Assembly (NCBI GenBank): GCA_010909165.1
Contig: MU008165.1
Span: forward strand, 620,001 to 684,000
Length of the DNA stretch: 64,000 bases
DNA from: Anthoceros angustus
Taxonomy: Eukaryota > Plantae > Anthocerotophyta
Direction of reading: 5' to 3'
A model generated the notes under the pieces. The model was given only the letters and a program-made list of their open reading frames with translations. It searched no databases and had not been told where the DNA came from. The translations under genes were made by a program, and so were the position numbers. Positions 23,792 through 36,854 of this stretch are shown here, one piece after another. Each line of letters begins with the position of its first letter. The stretch's first letter is position 1.

Positions 23792-26700
23792 ACATGGCCA
23801 TGAAATGTACAGCTCGGATGGGTACTGTTACAATCGATTTCGACGAGGAAGGAGGATCAGATAAGACACGCTCACAACCGATTGGGGACTTACGCTTATT
23901 CCAAGCTCCCTTCGGGTTGTGTAACGCCCCGCCACCTTTCAACGAGTGGTGAACGCTATATTCCGAGATTTCTTACTAAGTTCATGGAAGTATTCCTAGA
24001 TGATTTCGTGTTGGGAGGAACTGCATCTAGATCATTTAAGACAATGTTTTCAGATGCAGAATCGAACATGAAACTTCATCCGGAAGTGTTATTTTGGTAT
24101 GACAGAGGGTATCTGCTGCACATCGAGTTTCACCCGCCCGAGTATTTTTACGGATGGCCGACTGCATAAGGAGAAGGAGAGGAAGTCATAGAAGAATCAA
24201 GATGAGGCCCATAGAGAAGGAGTAGCCTTTGGAAGGGCAAAGCTTTTGTAGGGCTGGTAGGATATTACAGAGGTTCATCAAGGATTTCGCCAAGAAGGCA
24301 GCCTTGTTGACACAATTGACCAAGAAGGATACACCGCTCGAATGGACAAACGCGAGGCGTGAGGCTTTTCAGCTTGAAGGATGCTTGGTGAGCGCCAACG
24401 CTGCAAAACCACCGATTGGGAAAACCGCTTCATGTATACGATGTGTCCGCCACGCCATTGGGGACCGCTTAAGCCGAAGGACGAGAAGAAACGGACCATC
24501 CGATTTTCTATGCGTAGATGCCACATGACGAAAAGAACTACTCAACCACGGAGCGGAGGGTCTTGGTATCATTTACTCGTAAGAAGTTTAGACACTATCC
24601 GCTTGCTTGCAAGGTGACGCTTCATGTTGACCATTTTGCTGAAGTATCTTGTCAACAAGCCGATTTGTCGTGAAGGATTGCCGTGGGTACTACCGCTGCA
24701 AGAGTTTGACTACGACGAACCACCGTGAAAAGCAACATCGCCGATTTCATTTCTCGCCCCGAAACCGGAGAGCGACTTGAGGCAACAGACGACCGATTTC
24801 CTGACGAGGAGTTGGTCGCCACGACCTGGGTCGAAGGAGAAGGACACGAGCATAATGAAGACGGCCTAAGAAGTGATCAGCAAGTCTTGTTGCTAGAAGA
24901 GAGGCCAAGTGAGCAAGAAGGGAACGTTGTGCAGGAAAAGCTGCAGCAGGACAATCTGGAAATCCGAGAGAGGATAGGACGGCGCCAGCATGGGCGCGAG
25001 GAGGAGACTGAAATGCTCCTCAAGGGTGAGCAGTCAGGAGTACTGCAAGTGGAGGCCACGAGTTGGCAACAGGAAGGAGATGCATCCCATGACAAGCTTG
25101 AAGAAAACGCAGAGGAGGAGGAGGCGATCATGGGAAATCGCCCATGAGGCGATCATGGGGCACGAGGGCCAAGACGTGAGGCCAGCCGTAAGAAGGCGAA
25201 GTCGGCCCATTGCCGAAAAGGAGTATGCATGAGCATGACCAAGTATGTGAACCTAGGGAGAAGCAAGGAGGCGATGGATTTACGGATAGATCCACGCCAC
25301 TTGGGGCTGCCACCGAGGAGGAGGAGGAGGAGGAGGAGGAGGAGGAGGAGGAGATTGGAACGCGAGGGGCGTTCGTGTCCGAGATATCCGCTGAATGGGA
25401 GGTACGAAATTCTCGGAGCATGGAACCATGCAAGGGTTGTCCGTGAGGGCGAGCTTTTCTCCATAAAGCCTCACCATCGCTGAGGTGTCCTGCATAAACA
25501 AGGTCCGGACGATAAAATTGGAGATGCCTCGACGCTGAAGAAGCTTCACTCACGAGGCATTACATGCGTAAGAGGCGGTGGACACTATTCGCAGTGACCG
25601 TTAAGAAGATTTTGAATGCGGATTCGTGGGCTACGATGCAAAAGGATGTGTGGAGTTCACCGAGGTGTGACGCGTGTCGAGGGTTGGACGGCCTACGTTG
25701 TCGACACAATGGCCTCTTACCTACATCTTACCACCGCACCTTCGAGAAGTGGGGATCGATCAGAGGACCGATCAAACCACCAACGCAATGGACTAAGAAG
25801 TGACATTTTGGTGGCTACGGACTATTGTACAAAGATGGTGGAAGGAAGCAACGAGGAAGGATGACGACCGCAAGGCCAAATTTTTATTCGAGAACATCAT
25901 AACGAGGTATGGATGTCCTTTAGAGTTGGTCGCCACGACCGGGGACACATTTCCTCAACTCGCCGAGTCCCTAACCACCTACTTCAACATCCAAGATCGA
26001 AGACGACTTACAACCCAAAGGCAAATGGACCGACGGAGAAGACGAATGGGTTGCTCGCACAATCCTCACCAAGGTAATCGTGACACATGTATGATTGGGA
26101 TGCTAAGTTGCACTTCGCATTGTGGGCCTACAGGATCATGGAGAAGATAACCACAAAGAAGACACCATATTATCTAACATATGGTATGTCTCCGTGATGC
26201 CCGTGGAATTTGAAGTACCTACCTGTGATCATGGAGGATGAACGATCAGAGGACCGATCAAACCACCAACGCAATGGACTAAGAAGTGACATTTTGGTGG
26301 CTACGGACTATTGTACAAAGATGGTGGAAGGTCAAGGAGAAGGAAGGATGACGACCGCAAGGCCAAATTTTTATTCGAGAACATCATAACGAGGTATGGA
26401 TGTCCTTTAGAGTTGGTCGCCACGACCGGGGACACATTTCCTCAACTCGGTCGTTGAGTCCCTAACCACCTACTTCAACATCGATCGAAGACGACTTACA
26501 ACCCAAAGGCAAATGGACCGACGGAGAAGACGAATGGGTTGCTCGCACAATCCTCACCAAGGTAACTGTGACATGTATGATTGGGATGCTAAGTTGCACT
26601 CGCATTGTGGGCCTACAGGATCATGGAGAAGATAACCACAAAGAAGACACCATATTATCTAACATATGGTATGTCTCCGTGATGCCCGTGGAATTTGAAG

Positions 26701-27060
26701 TACCTACCATGGATCATGGAGGATGAACGATGACCGAGAGGATAGTCGTAGCTAGGTTAGAAGCTTCATAGAGCAGAGGAGCATAGGGAGGATGCTTTAG
26801 AAGAAACACATGGATTCGTGAACTCGTAAAAGATCGGCATGATGGGAAGTTAAGGAAGCAAGAGACTATCGTGGACGGGATTTGGTTCTTCTATATGATA
26901 GTCGGTACCTAGACTTTCCAGGAAGCTCAGCCGAGATGGATGGGACCTTACGAGGTGGTCGCAGATACGAGAATGGATCTGCAACTCCGTGCCGGGCGGC
27001 GACATCGCCACCGAGTCAATGGGTGGAAGGTCAAGAAGTACCTCCAGAGGTGCTGTTTGC
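22950..27060 (+). pseudogene. Family A pol (end of protease, RT, RNase H, integrase), frameshifted
   Basis: LIGRPWL (protease C-terminus); LNEATKKDH and FMEVFLDDF (RT); RFIKDFAKKAALLTQLTKKDTPLEW; RCDAC, FEKWG, FENIITRYGCPLEL (integrase); WMGPYEVV...HRVNGWKVKKY (integrase C-terminus). Confidence 0.9.
25757..26708 (+). repeat. Tandem duplication of about 470 bp of the integrase core
   Basis: CGATCAGAGGACCGATCAAACC...GAAGTACCTACC at 25757-26222 and 26243-26708. Confidence 0.9.
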
Positions 27061-27073
27061 GAGGACGCAAACA

Positions 27074-27087
27074 TGAGGTGGGGAGTA
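27074..27087 (+). promoter_or_regulatory. Polypurine tract of element A
   Basis: TGAGGTGGGGAGTA lies immediately before TGTGGAACGC and right after the integrase C-terminus. Confidence 0.85.
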
Positions 27088-30000
27088 TGTGGAACGCAAA
27101 AGTTTGGGCAACCAGCCCAAAAGAGCCAAGACAAACAAGTTTGATTTTTTTGGCTAGAACGATTGAAGAGGAGCATGCCAAGAAATTTTCTCGAGAATCT
27201 TGAAGTCGGAGTTGTAGGATATTGTTAGGAAGGCAAAAGGATATCCCAGAGGAAGGAGAAGACGAATGGGTTGCTCGCACAATCCTCACCAAGGAGGAAG
27301 AGGAGCATGCCAAGAGGAAGAGAGCTCGAATTGCTCTCTCGAAAGGTCGAATGGAGGAAGAGGAGAAGGAAGCAAGAGGAGAAGACGAATGGGTTGCTCG
27401 CACAATCCTCACCAAAAGGAAATTTAGAATAGAGGGGATATCCACTATATATGCTCACCAATAGGGAATAAATATATAGAGTAATTAAAGGTTAATTAGG
27501 ATAGCGATATAGGAAAATAGGTAGTTTAGATAGAATTAGGATTTTGGAATGATGAACCCAATCTAGGTTGGCGCCGTGGTAGGCTCCTCGCGAGGAGGAG
27601 AAGACGAATGGGTTGCTCGCACAATCCTCACCGAGTCAATGGGTGGAAGGAAGCAAGAGGAGGAGGAGGAGGAGGAGGAGAAGGAAGGAGAAGATAACCA
27701 CCAACGCAATGGACTAAGAAGCAAGAGGAGGAGGAGGAGGAGGAGGAGGAGAAGGAAGGAGAAGCAAGAGGAGGAGGAGGAGAAGGAAGCAAGAGGAGAA
27801 GGAAGCAAGAGGAGGAGGAGGAGAAGGAGGAAGAGGAGCATGCCAAGAGGAGAAGGAAGGAAGAGAGCTCGAATTGCTCTCTCGAAAGGTCGAATGGAGG
27901 AAGAGGAGGAGGAGGAGGAGAAGATAACCACCAACGCAATGGACTAAGAAGCAAGAGGAGGAGGAGGAGGAGGAGAACATCATAACGAGGTATGGATGGT
28001 GGAAGGAAGGAAGGAGAAGCAAGAGGAAGAGAGCTCGAATTGCTCTCTCGAAAGGTCGAATGGAGGGAAGGAAGAAAGGCACCATGCCTCGAGGAAAAGG
28101 CAAGGGAAGGAGCCGCCAAAGGCTCCTCGCGAGGAGGAGGAGGAGGAGGAGGAGGAGGAGGAGGAGGAGGAGGTGAACTTGTGATGCCCCAATTCACTTG
28201 CTTTGCAGCTCAACCCCGAGATTTGGTTGATTTTCGCGGCGAGGAGGAGAACATCCACTAGGATGGGTGTATGGCCGCCAATGGGCCTACACCAATTTGG
28301 AATTGATTGAGGAGTGTTACATCAACCTCCATCAATCGGAAGCGCCGAGGAAGGAGAAGATGCATGGCATCCCTTTGAGGTCATCCACCTCCACAAGCAT
28401 GCTAGAACGATTGAAGAGGAGCATGCCAAGAGGAGGAAGAGGAGGAAGAGAGCTCGAATTGCTCTCTCGAAAGGTCGAATGGAGGAAGAGGACATCCCGC
28501 AGGAGTTCCTCGACATCCCGCAGGAGTTCCTTGACATGATGGATGGAGGAAGCCCACGCCAAGAATGGCGGAAGACCGAGAGCATCAAGGAGTCAAGTGG
28601 AGGCTCTTCGCAAAGATTGTGCGTTGGTAAATTACCAACGCACTTTATTTCAAAGACCAACTTCCTCCAATTTTGTGGAAGATTTCCATGGGAGCCAAGG
28701 ATTGGGGACTATCATGTATGAGGCCTACATCCACCACCGAGAAGCTCCTCAAGCCAAATTCGTGGATGAGGAAGGCCAAGCTACCTCAGCACCTATTTGG
28801 TGCATTTATGGGAAACCGAGGGACTCTCACAAGCAAGGAGCTTGAAGATGCATGGCATCCCTTTGAGGTCATCCACCTCCACCGAGGTTGGAAAAGGCCT
28901 TTGCCTTTGCATTGCGAAGACGGTGGGAGGTCGACTCCACAAGCATGCTAGAAGCAAGGAGAAGATGAGGCAACAAGGTTGCCGAGTGGGAATCTTTCCC
29001 TGTGAGCAAGCAAGGGAGAGGAGCATGCCAAGAGGAGGAAGGCCGAATGGTGGTCTATGAGAGAAGGACCAGGAGGGGTGATGCCCCAGAGTGGGGAGTC
29101 CCCACCATCTCCTTTGTGCCTACAAGAGAGGCACTAGGAAAGGAGAAGCAAGAGGAGGAAGAGGAGCATGCCAAGAGGAGGAGAAGGAAGGAGAAGCTCC
29201 TCAAGCCAAATTCGTGGATGAGGAAGGCCGAATGGTGGTCTATGAGAGAAGCTCCTCAAGCCAAATTGGAAAAGGTCAGGAGAAGCTCCTCAAGCCAAAT
29301 TGGAAAAGGCAGCCAAATTCGTGGATGAGGAAGGAAGGAGAAGCAACGCGAGGTGCCGCGAGCGGCGCCGAGGCCACCATCTCCGCTACCGGGTGGGAGA
29401 GCGGATGGAGCGACAAGAAGGAAGGAGAAGCTCCTCAAGCCAAATTCGTGGATGAGGAAGGCCGAATGGTGGTCTATGAGAGAAGGAGGGGTGGAATTAG
29501 GACCCCTAGGAGAATTGCCGAGCTTGTGAAGCACTCACCGTGGATTTGAAGGGGCTAGGGACCTAGCAGCCTCCTTGTGGGCATGCCAAGAGGAAGTGAA
29601 ATCTCAAGACATGGCCAAGAGGAGAAGGAAGGAGAAGCTCCTCAAGCCAAATTGGAAGCCATGGAGTCCGATGAAAAGGCAGCCAAATTGGAAAAGGTCA
29701 GGAGAAGCTCCTCAAGCCAAATTGGAAAAGGTCAGGAGAAGCAAGAGAGGAAGTTGTCACAAGTCAAGAAAGAGCCATTCGGCAACAACCCAAAAGGATT
29801 CTTGGAGGCAAAAGGCGGAAGAGCATTTTGCCCAATGAGCAAGAGAGGAAAAGCAAGAGAGGCACTAGGAAAGGAGAAGGAAGGAGAAGCAAGAGGAGAA
29901 GGAAGGAGTGTGTGATGGCTACTCAAGCTATCAAAATCCGGATATGGGAGAGGAGTTGAGAAGGACCCGACAATTTGGAAGAGGAGCAAGAGAGGAGAAG

Positions 30001-33000
30001 GAAGGAGAAGCAAGAGGAGGAGGAGCGCGAAAGGAATGCTTGGCAAGAGAGGAGAAGGAGGGCTTGCCCAAAGAATTAGGACTGGAACAAAGGAGGTCTC
30101 AGAGGAGGAGCGCCACAAGAAGGTGGTGCATGAATGCCGGTAGTGAGGAAGCGATTTTGGCATTATGCCCTTCGTGCAAAATTGGCCAGCCAAATTGGAA
30201 AAGGTCAGGAGAAGCAAGAGGAGGAGGAGAATGTAACCTCCATGTGAAGGTGGGAGAATTAACCACCGCAAGAGATGCCTACAAGAGAGGAAGTGAGGGA
30301 GGAAGAGGATGGAGAGTGGCCCACGAGATTGATGATCTCCAAATGCATCACAACTTGGGGCTCACCTCCACAACAGATCTTGAAGGCCAACAACGAAGTC
30401 TTACGGTTGGCCAAGAGGAGGACATTGGGTCCTCATGATGATGAAGGAGCCGCAACAAGTGCAGCCAGAGGCCTCCGATTTTGATGAGGCCATCAAATGG
30501 ACTCGAGGAACTGAGGAGTCGAGGTGAAGGAGCCACCGCGACGCCGGATCGGGAGACGGCGCGAGAGCAAGAGAGGAGAAGCTCCTCAAGCCAAATTGGA
30601 AAAGGTCAGGAGAAGCAAGAGGAGAATGTAACCTCCATGTGAAGGTGGGAGAGACAACCCCACCGGAGGAAGACGGTGGGAGGTCGACTCCACAAGCATG
30701 CTAGAAGCAAGAGGAGGAGGAGGAGGAGGAGAATGTAACCTCCATGTGAAGGTGGGAGAGGAGTTGGGACGCAAGCCCAATCAAGATGGAAAGGCCGAAT
30801 GGTGGTCTATGAGAGAAGGAAGGAGAAGCAAGAGGAGGAGGAGGAGGAGGAGGAGGAAGAGGAGCAAGAGAGGAGAAGCTCCTCAAGCCAAATTGGAAAA
30901 GGTCAGGAGAAGCTCCTCAAGCCAAATTGGAAAAGGTCAGGAGAAGCAAGGAGGGGTGGAATTAGGACCCCTAGGAGAATTGCCGAGCTTGTGAAGCACT
31001 CACCGTGGATTTGAAGGGGCTAGGGACCTAGCAGCCTCCTTGTGGGCATGCCAAGAGGAAGTGAAATCTCAAGACATGGCCGGAAGAAAGGCAGGGACTA
31101 AGTGGCAATTGGAAGCCATGGAGTCCGATGAAAAGGCAGCCAAGTTGGAAAAGGTCAGGAGAAGCTCCTCAAGCCAAATTGGAAAAGGTCAGGAGAAGCA
31201 AGAGAGGAAGTTGTCACAAGCTGAAGAAAGAGCCATTCGGGCAACAACCCAAAAGGATTCTTGGAGGCAAAAGGCGGAAGAGCATTTTGCCCAATGAGCA
31301 AGAGAGGAAAAGCAAGAGAGGCACTAGGAAAGGAGAAGCAAGAGGAGAAGGAAGTGGCGCATGAGCAGTGATGGCTACTCAAGCTATCAAAATCCGGATA
31401 TGGGAGAGGAGTTGAGAAGGACCCGACAATTTGGAAGAGGAGCAAGAGAGGAGAAGGAGAAGCAAGAGGAGGAGGAGGAGCGCGAAAGGAATGCTAGAAG
31501 CAAGAGGAGGAGCTCAAGAATTAGCGACTGGAACAAAGGAGGTCTCAGAGGAGGAGGAGCGCCACAAGAAGGTGGTGCATGAATGCCGGTAGTGAGGAAG
31601 CGATTTTGGCATTATGCCCTTCGTGCAAAATTGGCCAGAAAGGAAGTGAGGGAGGAGAATGTAACCTCCATGTGAAGGTGGGAGAATTAACCACCGCAAG
31701 AGATGCCTACAAGAGAGGAGAAGGAAGAGGATGGAGAGTGGCCCACGAGATTGATGATCTCCAAATGCAGATCACAACTTGGGGCTCACCTCCACAACAG
31801 ATCTTGAAGGCCAACAACGAAGTCTTACTTGGCCAAGAGGAGGACATTGGGTCCTCATGATGATGAAGGAGCCGCAACAAGTGCAGCCAGAGGCCTCCGA
31901 TTTTGATGAGGCCATCAAATGGACTCCGAGGAACTGAGGAGTCGAGGTGAAGGAGCCACCGCGACGGGAAGGGCAAGAGCAAGAGAGGAAGTGAGGGAGG
32001 AGAATGTAACCTCCATGTGAAGGTGGGAGAGACAACCCCACCGGAGGAAGTGAGGGAGGAACCGGACCCGAGGAGGAGAATGTAACCTCCATGTCAAGGT
32101 GGGAGAGACAACCCCACCGGAGGAAGAGGAAGTGAGGGAGGAACCGGACCCGAGGAGGAGGAGTCCAACGCAAAAGGGCCCGAGAGGAGTTGGGAGTTGG
32201 GACGCAAGCCCAATCAAGATGGAAAAGGCCGGGAAGGGCAAGAGCAAAAGGAGGGGTGGTGGGAGAGACAACCCCACCGGAGGAAGAGGAGGAGGAGTCC
32301 AACGCAAAAGGAGGAGGAGGAAGGGGTGAGGAATTATCCCACGAGTAAGGGAGGAACCGGACCCGAGGAGGAGTCCAACGCAAAAGGGCCCGAGAGATTA
32401 GAAATGCATGGTGGGCGATGGGGATGAAGGGTGCTCTATGATAGGTATGGACAAATCACAAAGGCAAGAGCAATGAAGATCCCGACCCAAGAAACCTCAC
32501 CGAGCGAGAAGGAGAAGGAAGTGAGGGAGGAACCGGACCCGAGGAGGAGTCCAACGCAAAAGGAGGGCGAGGGAGCCAATCCACCACGAGGAGGAGGAGG
32601 AGTCCAACGCAAAAGGAGGAGGAGGAGGAGGAGGAGGAGGAGGAGGAGGAGTCCAACGCAAAAGGATTCTTGGAGGCAAAAGGATTCTTGGAGGCAAAAG
32701 GAGGAGGAAGGGCAAGATTGTACTTGCCCCACACATTAGGAAGCGACAAAGGCCGGGAAGGGCAAGAGCAAAAGGAGGGCGAGGGAGCCAATCCACCACG
32801 ACACGCCCTACCCCAAATAGGTGAAGACTAGATATGGTCAAGGGCCATAAATGCTAGGTAGAAGAATAGGAAGGACAGTGATGTAATCCGACATCCTTCG
32901 AGGATAGACTTAGGTGAAGTTGCTAGAATAGGATTTACCAAGAAATGCATAATAGACTTAGGTGAAGACTAGATATGGTCAAGGGCCATAAATGCTAGGT

Positions 33001-33970
33001 AGAAGAATAGGAAGGAGAAGGTGACCGCAGAGGGTCACCCAAGGGAGGTTGTATGTGGAAGGCCTCCTATAAGAGGAGGAGGATTTCACAAAGTAAAGTA
33101 TCATGTCTTGCGCCCACGCCACCGAGTCCTTTGCCATTACAGAGGAATTTCGTGTCAAACTCATAGCAACCGCCCAAGGAAGAACTTGCTGGTGGAGGAG
33201 GAGGAGGAAGAGGATGAGGAGTTGGTGGAGGACTTGCTCACCGCAAGTGCCTAAACGAGTTGCTCCTTGTGAATGGTTGCCGTGAAATTGCTTTGCTTTG
33301 GGTGTGTGGCAAATGCCCAGAACTCTCGGCTTGAGGGTAGACTACAGGAAAGACTCGAGGTTCTCGCCGTGTCAAACTCATAGCAACCGCCCAAGGAAGA
33401 ACTTGCTGGTGGAGGCGACCCTGTGCAGGTAAGGGCAGTCGAAACCAAGAAGCCCGAATCGAGGTTAGACTAGGAGGAAGAGGATGAGGAGATGAGAAGA
33501 TGAGTAGAGGATTAGAGGTGTAGGTGTTAGTGGAAGGCCACTGTGCAGAGCCTAAGGGACGAATCCCAACTGCAAGTAAACGAGCGCCCGAGTGGAGAAG
33601 AGTAGTCTTAGAAGTAGGGACGAATCGCGGTGTGAACTGGGGTCCCCGGCGCCTGGTAGGCTCTGTCACGAGGCAGGTGACCCGCAATTGTGTTGTGTCG
33701 TTGTAGGTCAAGTTTGGTCTTAGAAGTAGGGACGAATCGCTGTGAACTGGGGTCCCCGGCGCCTGGTAGGCTCCTTGTCACGAGGCAGACCCGCAATTGT
33801 TTTGTGTCGCAGGGTCGAGGTTGGCGATTTTTCGGCAAAAGGCAAGTGGTGCACCGTGAGAGGGAGAGTAGAGGCGCCTTTGTTGAGAAGGCCGAGAGTG
33901 CAGTAGCGATTGGTGACCACAAGGCCTCGAACTTTCACACAAGTCTCATGGGACGAAACCCAACGACGAA
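27088..33970 (+). repeat. Family A 3' LTR (about 6.9 kb), missing roughly the last 70 bp
   Basis: Collinear with the 5' LTR up to GGGACGAAACCCAACGACG; the terminal ...CTACCACA is absent and an 80-bp array follows instead. Confidence 0.75.
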
Positions 33971-33972
33971 GC

Positions 33973-34292
33973 GAGGATGAGGAGATGAGAAGATGAGTAG
34001 AGGATTAGAGGTGTAGGTGTTAGTGGAAGGCCTCCTATAAGAGGAGGAGGAAGAGGATGAGGAGATGAGAAGATGAGTAGAGGATTAGAGGTGTAGGTGT
34101 TAGTGGAAGGCCTCCTATAAGAGGAGGAGGAAGAGGATGAGGAGATGAGAAGATGAGTAGAGGATTAGAGGTGTAGGTGTTAGTGGAAGGCCTCCTATAA
34201 GAGGAGGAGGAGGAAGAGGATGAGGAGATGAGAAGATGAGTAGAGGATTAGAGGTGTAGGTGTTAGTGGAAGGCCTCCTATAAGAGGAGGAG
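33973..34292 (+). repeat. 80-bp tandem repeat, 4 copies, derived from LTR A
   Basis: GAGGATGAGGAGATGAGAAGATGAGTAGAGGATTAGAGGTGTAGGTGTTAGTGGAAGGCCTCCTATAAGAGGAGGAGGAA starts at 33973, 34053, 34133 and 34216. Confidence 0.95.
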
Positions 34293-34329
34293 CGGGAAAA
34301 ATAAAACACCGTGAAAAGAGTTACAGGAA

Positions 34330-35420
34330 CCGGATAAGTACATGCTCCTCGCTATAGACTAATGGACCAAGAAGCCCGAGATTCCACACTTTCGCACAAA
34401 GAATCTTGATGAGGACCGCTGTATCTGCACGTAGTGGGTTGCATGATCCACAATTATACGTGACGCAAAAGCAAGAGTGTTTTTGCACTATGCCAATTTG
34501 AGGAACGATTAATCGACAATCGTGATTATTCAAGATGTTATTCTTAATTATAAAGGAGTGCTACCCAAAGTGCTCTATTTGCAGCTTGACAACACTTGCC
34601 GGAAAACAAGAACCAGCTGTTGTTTGCATGCTATTGAACATGCTAGTTGATATGGGAACTTTCAAGGTTGGGTTCCTCCTTGTTGGGCACACTCGACCAA
34701 ATCGACTGATGTTCTCTTGCTTTTCCAAAAGCTTGAAGCACAAGGAGGCACACACTCTTCCTGCGACATAACGTTCATGCATACACGCCTACACCGGAGA
34801 TCAAAGTTTTGCAGGAGGTCCCGACTTCCTCATATGTATGATTAGACAAGGCGATGGTCGCCATATTCATCGGTGAGAAAATTGAACAACTTATCTTTCC
34901 AAAGACCAGCTTTAAAATCACCAGAAGACAAACTGCACGGGTGGATGAATTAGGAGCAAGCAATATTCGACATCGATGTATTGGGAAACCGCCGGGTTGG
35001 AGTTTTTGAAATTTGTCCCTCCAACGACATATACCGCATTTACCGCCGGCCCTCCGGCTCGAGACAAGAAAGGGACGCGGTGGTTATCTCCGACAAGGAG
35101 TGGCACATTTGAGAGCGGTCTGTGAGCCGCCATATGTGACAAATATGGATGGTGGGAAGCATTCTGGTGACCAAGAAGAAATCGCATAATCGTGGAGAAC
35201 AATATTGGGCTCGCACTAGAAGAGCCGTGGAAATGGTTCTGCGTAATCGAAGAAACAAAAGACAACCACTCCAAGTTCCCATGAAGCTATCCTAGAGGAG
35301 GCGCTAAGAGAACTCCCCAACGGATATGTACTTGGGGCCTTACCGATTTGGAAGGCAGCAGAAATGGCACGCTTGCATGGAGATGTAAAAGACATAAAGG
35401 AAGGATGTTCATCGCAGACT
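34330..35420 (+). pseudogene. DDE DNA-transposase remnant (type usually annotated DUF7869; Sola-like placement is inference)
   Basis: Across frameshifts: KYMLLAID.MDQ (34336-34370), LPKVLYLQLDNTCR..KN (34561-34612), GFLLVGHT..IDxMFSCFSKSL (34670-34740). These are the three conserved acidic-residue blocks of this transposase type. Confidence 0.75.
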
Positions 35421-36854
35421 TGTACCGCCGATACGCATAATCGGCCTTTCCGGATTGGGAAAGTTAATCGTGAGGTTGGATGTGGAAGAGCCTCATTTCG
35501 GTTCACTGTACAGATCGAGCACAGATGCATATGAAGGCGTATACGTGGAAGAATATGTGATTCCACCCATTCCACCGAGACACCGGGATTGAAGGAAAAA
35601 GGGTGGGAAGGCAAATTTCAAGAATGTTCAAGAAGTCTTCATCAATAAAACCGTCATCTTGTATTATGGGTTATGAATTCTGAACATCTCTATTCCATTG
35701 ACAAAAAGCGATCAGGATAAGTTGAATGAATTGCGGGCTTCATCGAGCCACCACCCCAAAGTGCACCAAGGAAGATAGTGACGGTGAGGACATCGGGCCC
35801 TTGGACATGGAAGGTGTCAATTCGGGAGATGAGTGAAAAGATGTATGAAGTGGAGGCAAACATCGGACATAGACAAGAGGGTTTACTCGACCGTCAAGTG
35901 CCGACCGCCAAGTGTTAGGCTCAAAGTGGGAGCTCGCGTTAGTGATAGGGAATGACCCTGGTGGTGATCGGAAGTTGAAGAAGTTGGAGTCACCGCCGGT
36001 TGCGAGCGACAGGATAATGGCGCCGGTGCCGCCGCCATTTTTCACCATCCTTAGTAGCATGGAAACCGCTTTTCCGCACTCCCCGGTATTGTACATTTTG
36101 TTCGCCGATATATAACCCATCCGACGCATGCCTAAATCCTAAATCGTGGAAACCCGATAGCTGGGGCGCCGCCCACCGGCTCCCTTCTTGCCAAAACAAA
36201 AGACTATGGGTTCGACGACGGTTCGGAAAGAAGCACCATTCTTTACCAATGATGACCGTGAAGATTGCCTCGCAATGTCTTCAAAAGACCTTGTTTATTT
36301 AGATCAGGCCTCAACAACCCTGCTCCTTTTAGTCCTTCCGGTACTTATGGTAAGCAAGCATGGGTCGACATGCCAAATTCGATGGCGAACCACGCCCCTA
36401 ACCCTTTGTGTGATGGAGACACCGCCCGGACGTCAATTTCATCCCTTATCGACCCTTATTTTCATTTTGGGACCGATGTTGCCCAAAGGAGCAATGCGAC
36501 CCATCCCAAACCCCTTCCGACGATATTTGATGAAACCCCCATCAGAGTATTAACCTTCCAAGATTACGACGCTTATGCCCAAGTTTCAGATCCGCCAAGT
36601 TCTTCCTCATCGAAAGTGTCGATTTCAACCAAAGCCTCGAGTCCTCGCTCCCATCTCGTGTCTCACTACCACCGCCCCTGCATCGCCAAACGCTGAAGTG
36701 TTGTCGGCCACTTCAACAAATCGCCAGCCCCCGCTTATTCGGGGGCACTCAAAGAAACCACTTGTGCTTAAGGAGTCCTTCTCACACGTAAACCTCCTTG
36801 CCCGTAACTGCAAGTCCTCCTGAGCTTCAAATTCAACTCTTCAATCCTGGGAGC

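Larger units (their letters stand above)
7185..33970 (+). mobile_element. Ty3/gypsy LTR retrotransposon family A (non-chromovirus, Athila/Phygy-like), degenerate, with very long LTRs
   Basis: LTR start TGTGGAACGC at 7185 and 27088; LTR end CTACCACA at 17468 followed by a PBS; PPT before 27088; gag-PR-RT-RH-IN order in between. Confidence 0.85.

Noticed and set aside
26720-27087. env-like gene or chromodomain after integrase in families A and B
   Set aside because: Integrase C-terminus runs directly into the PPT; there is no room and no matching motif.
33973-34292. Regular repeats (80-bp, 20-bp, 25-27-bp arrays) as CRISPR arrays
   Set aside because: Units are head-to-tail with no unique spacers, there are no cas genes, and the context is eukaryotic.
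35500-36850. ORF fragments between the transposase and the N4/N6 MTase as a third cargo gene
   Set aside because: No recognisable domain on either strand by eye; needs a profile search.
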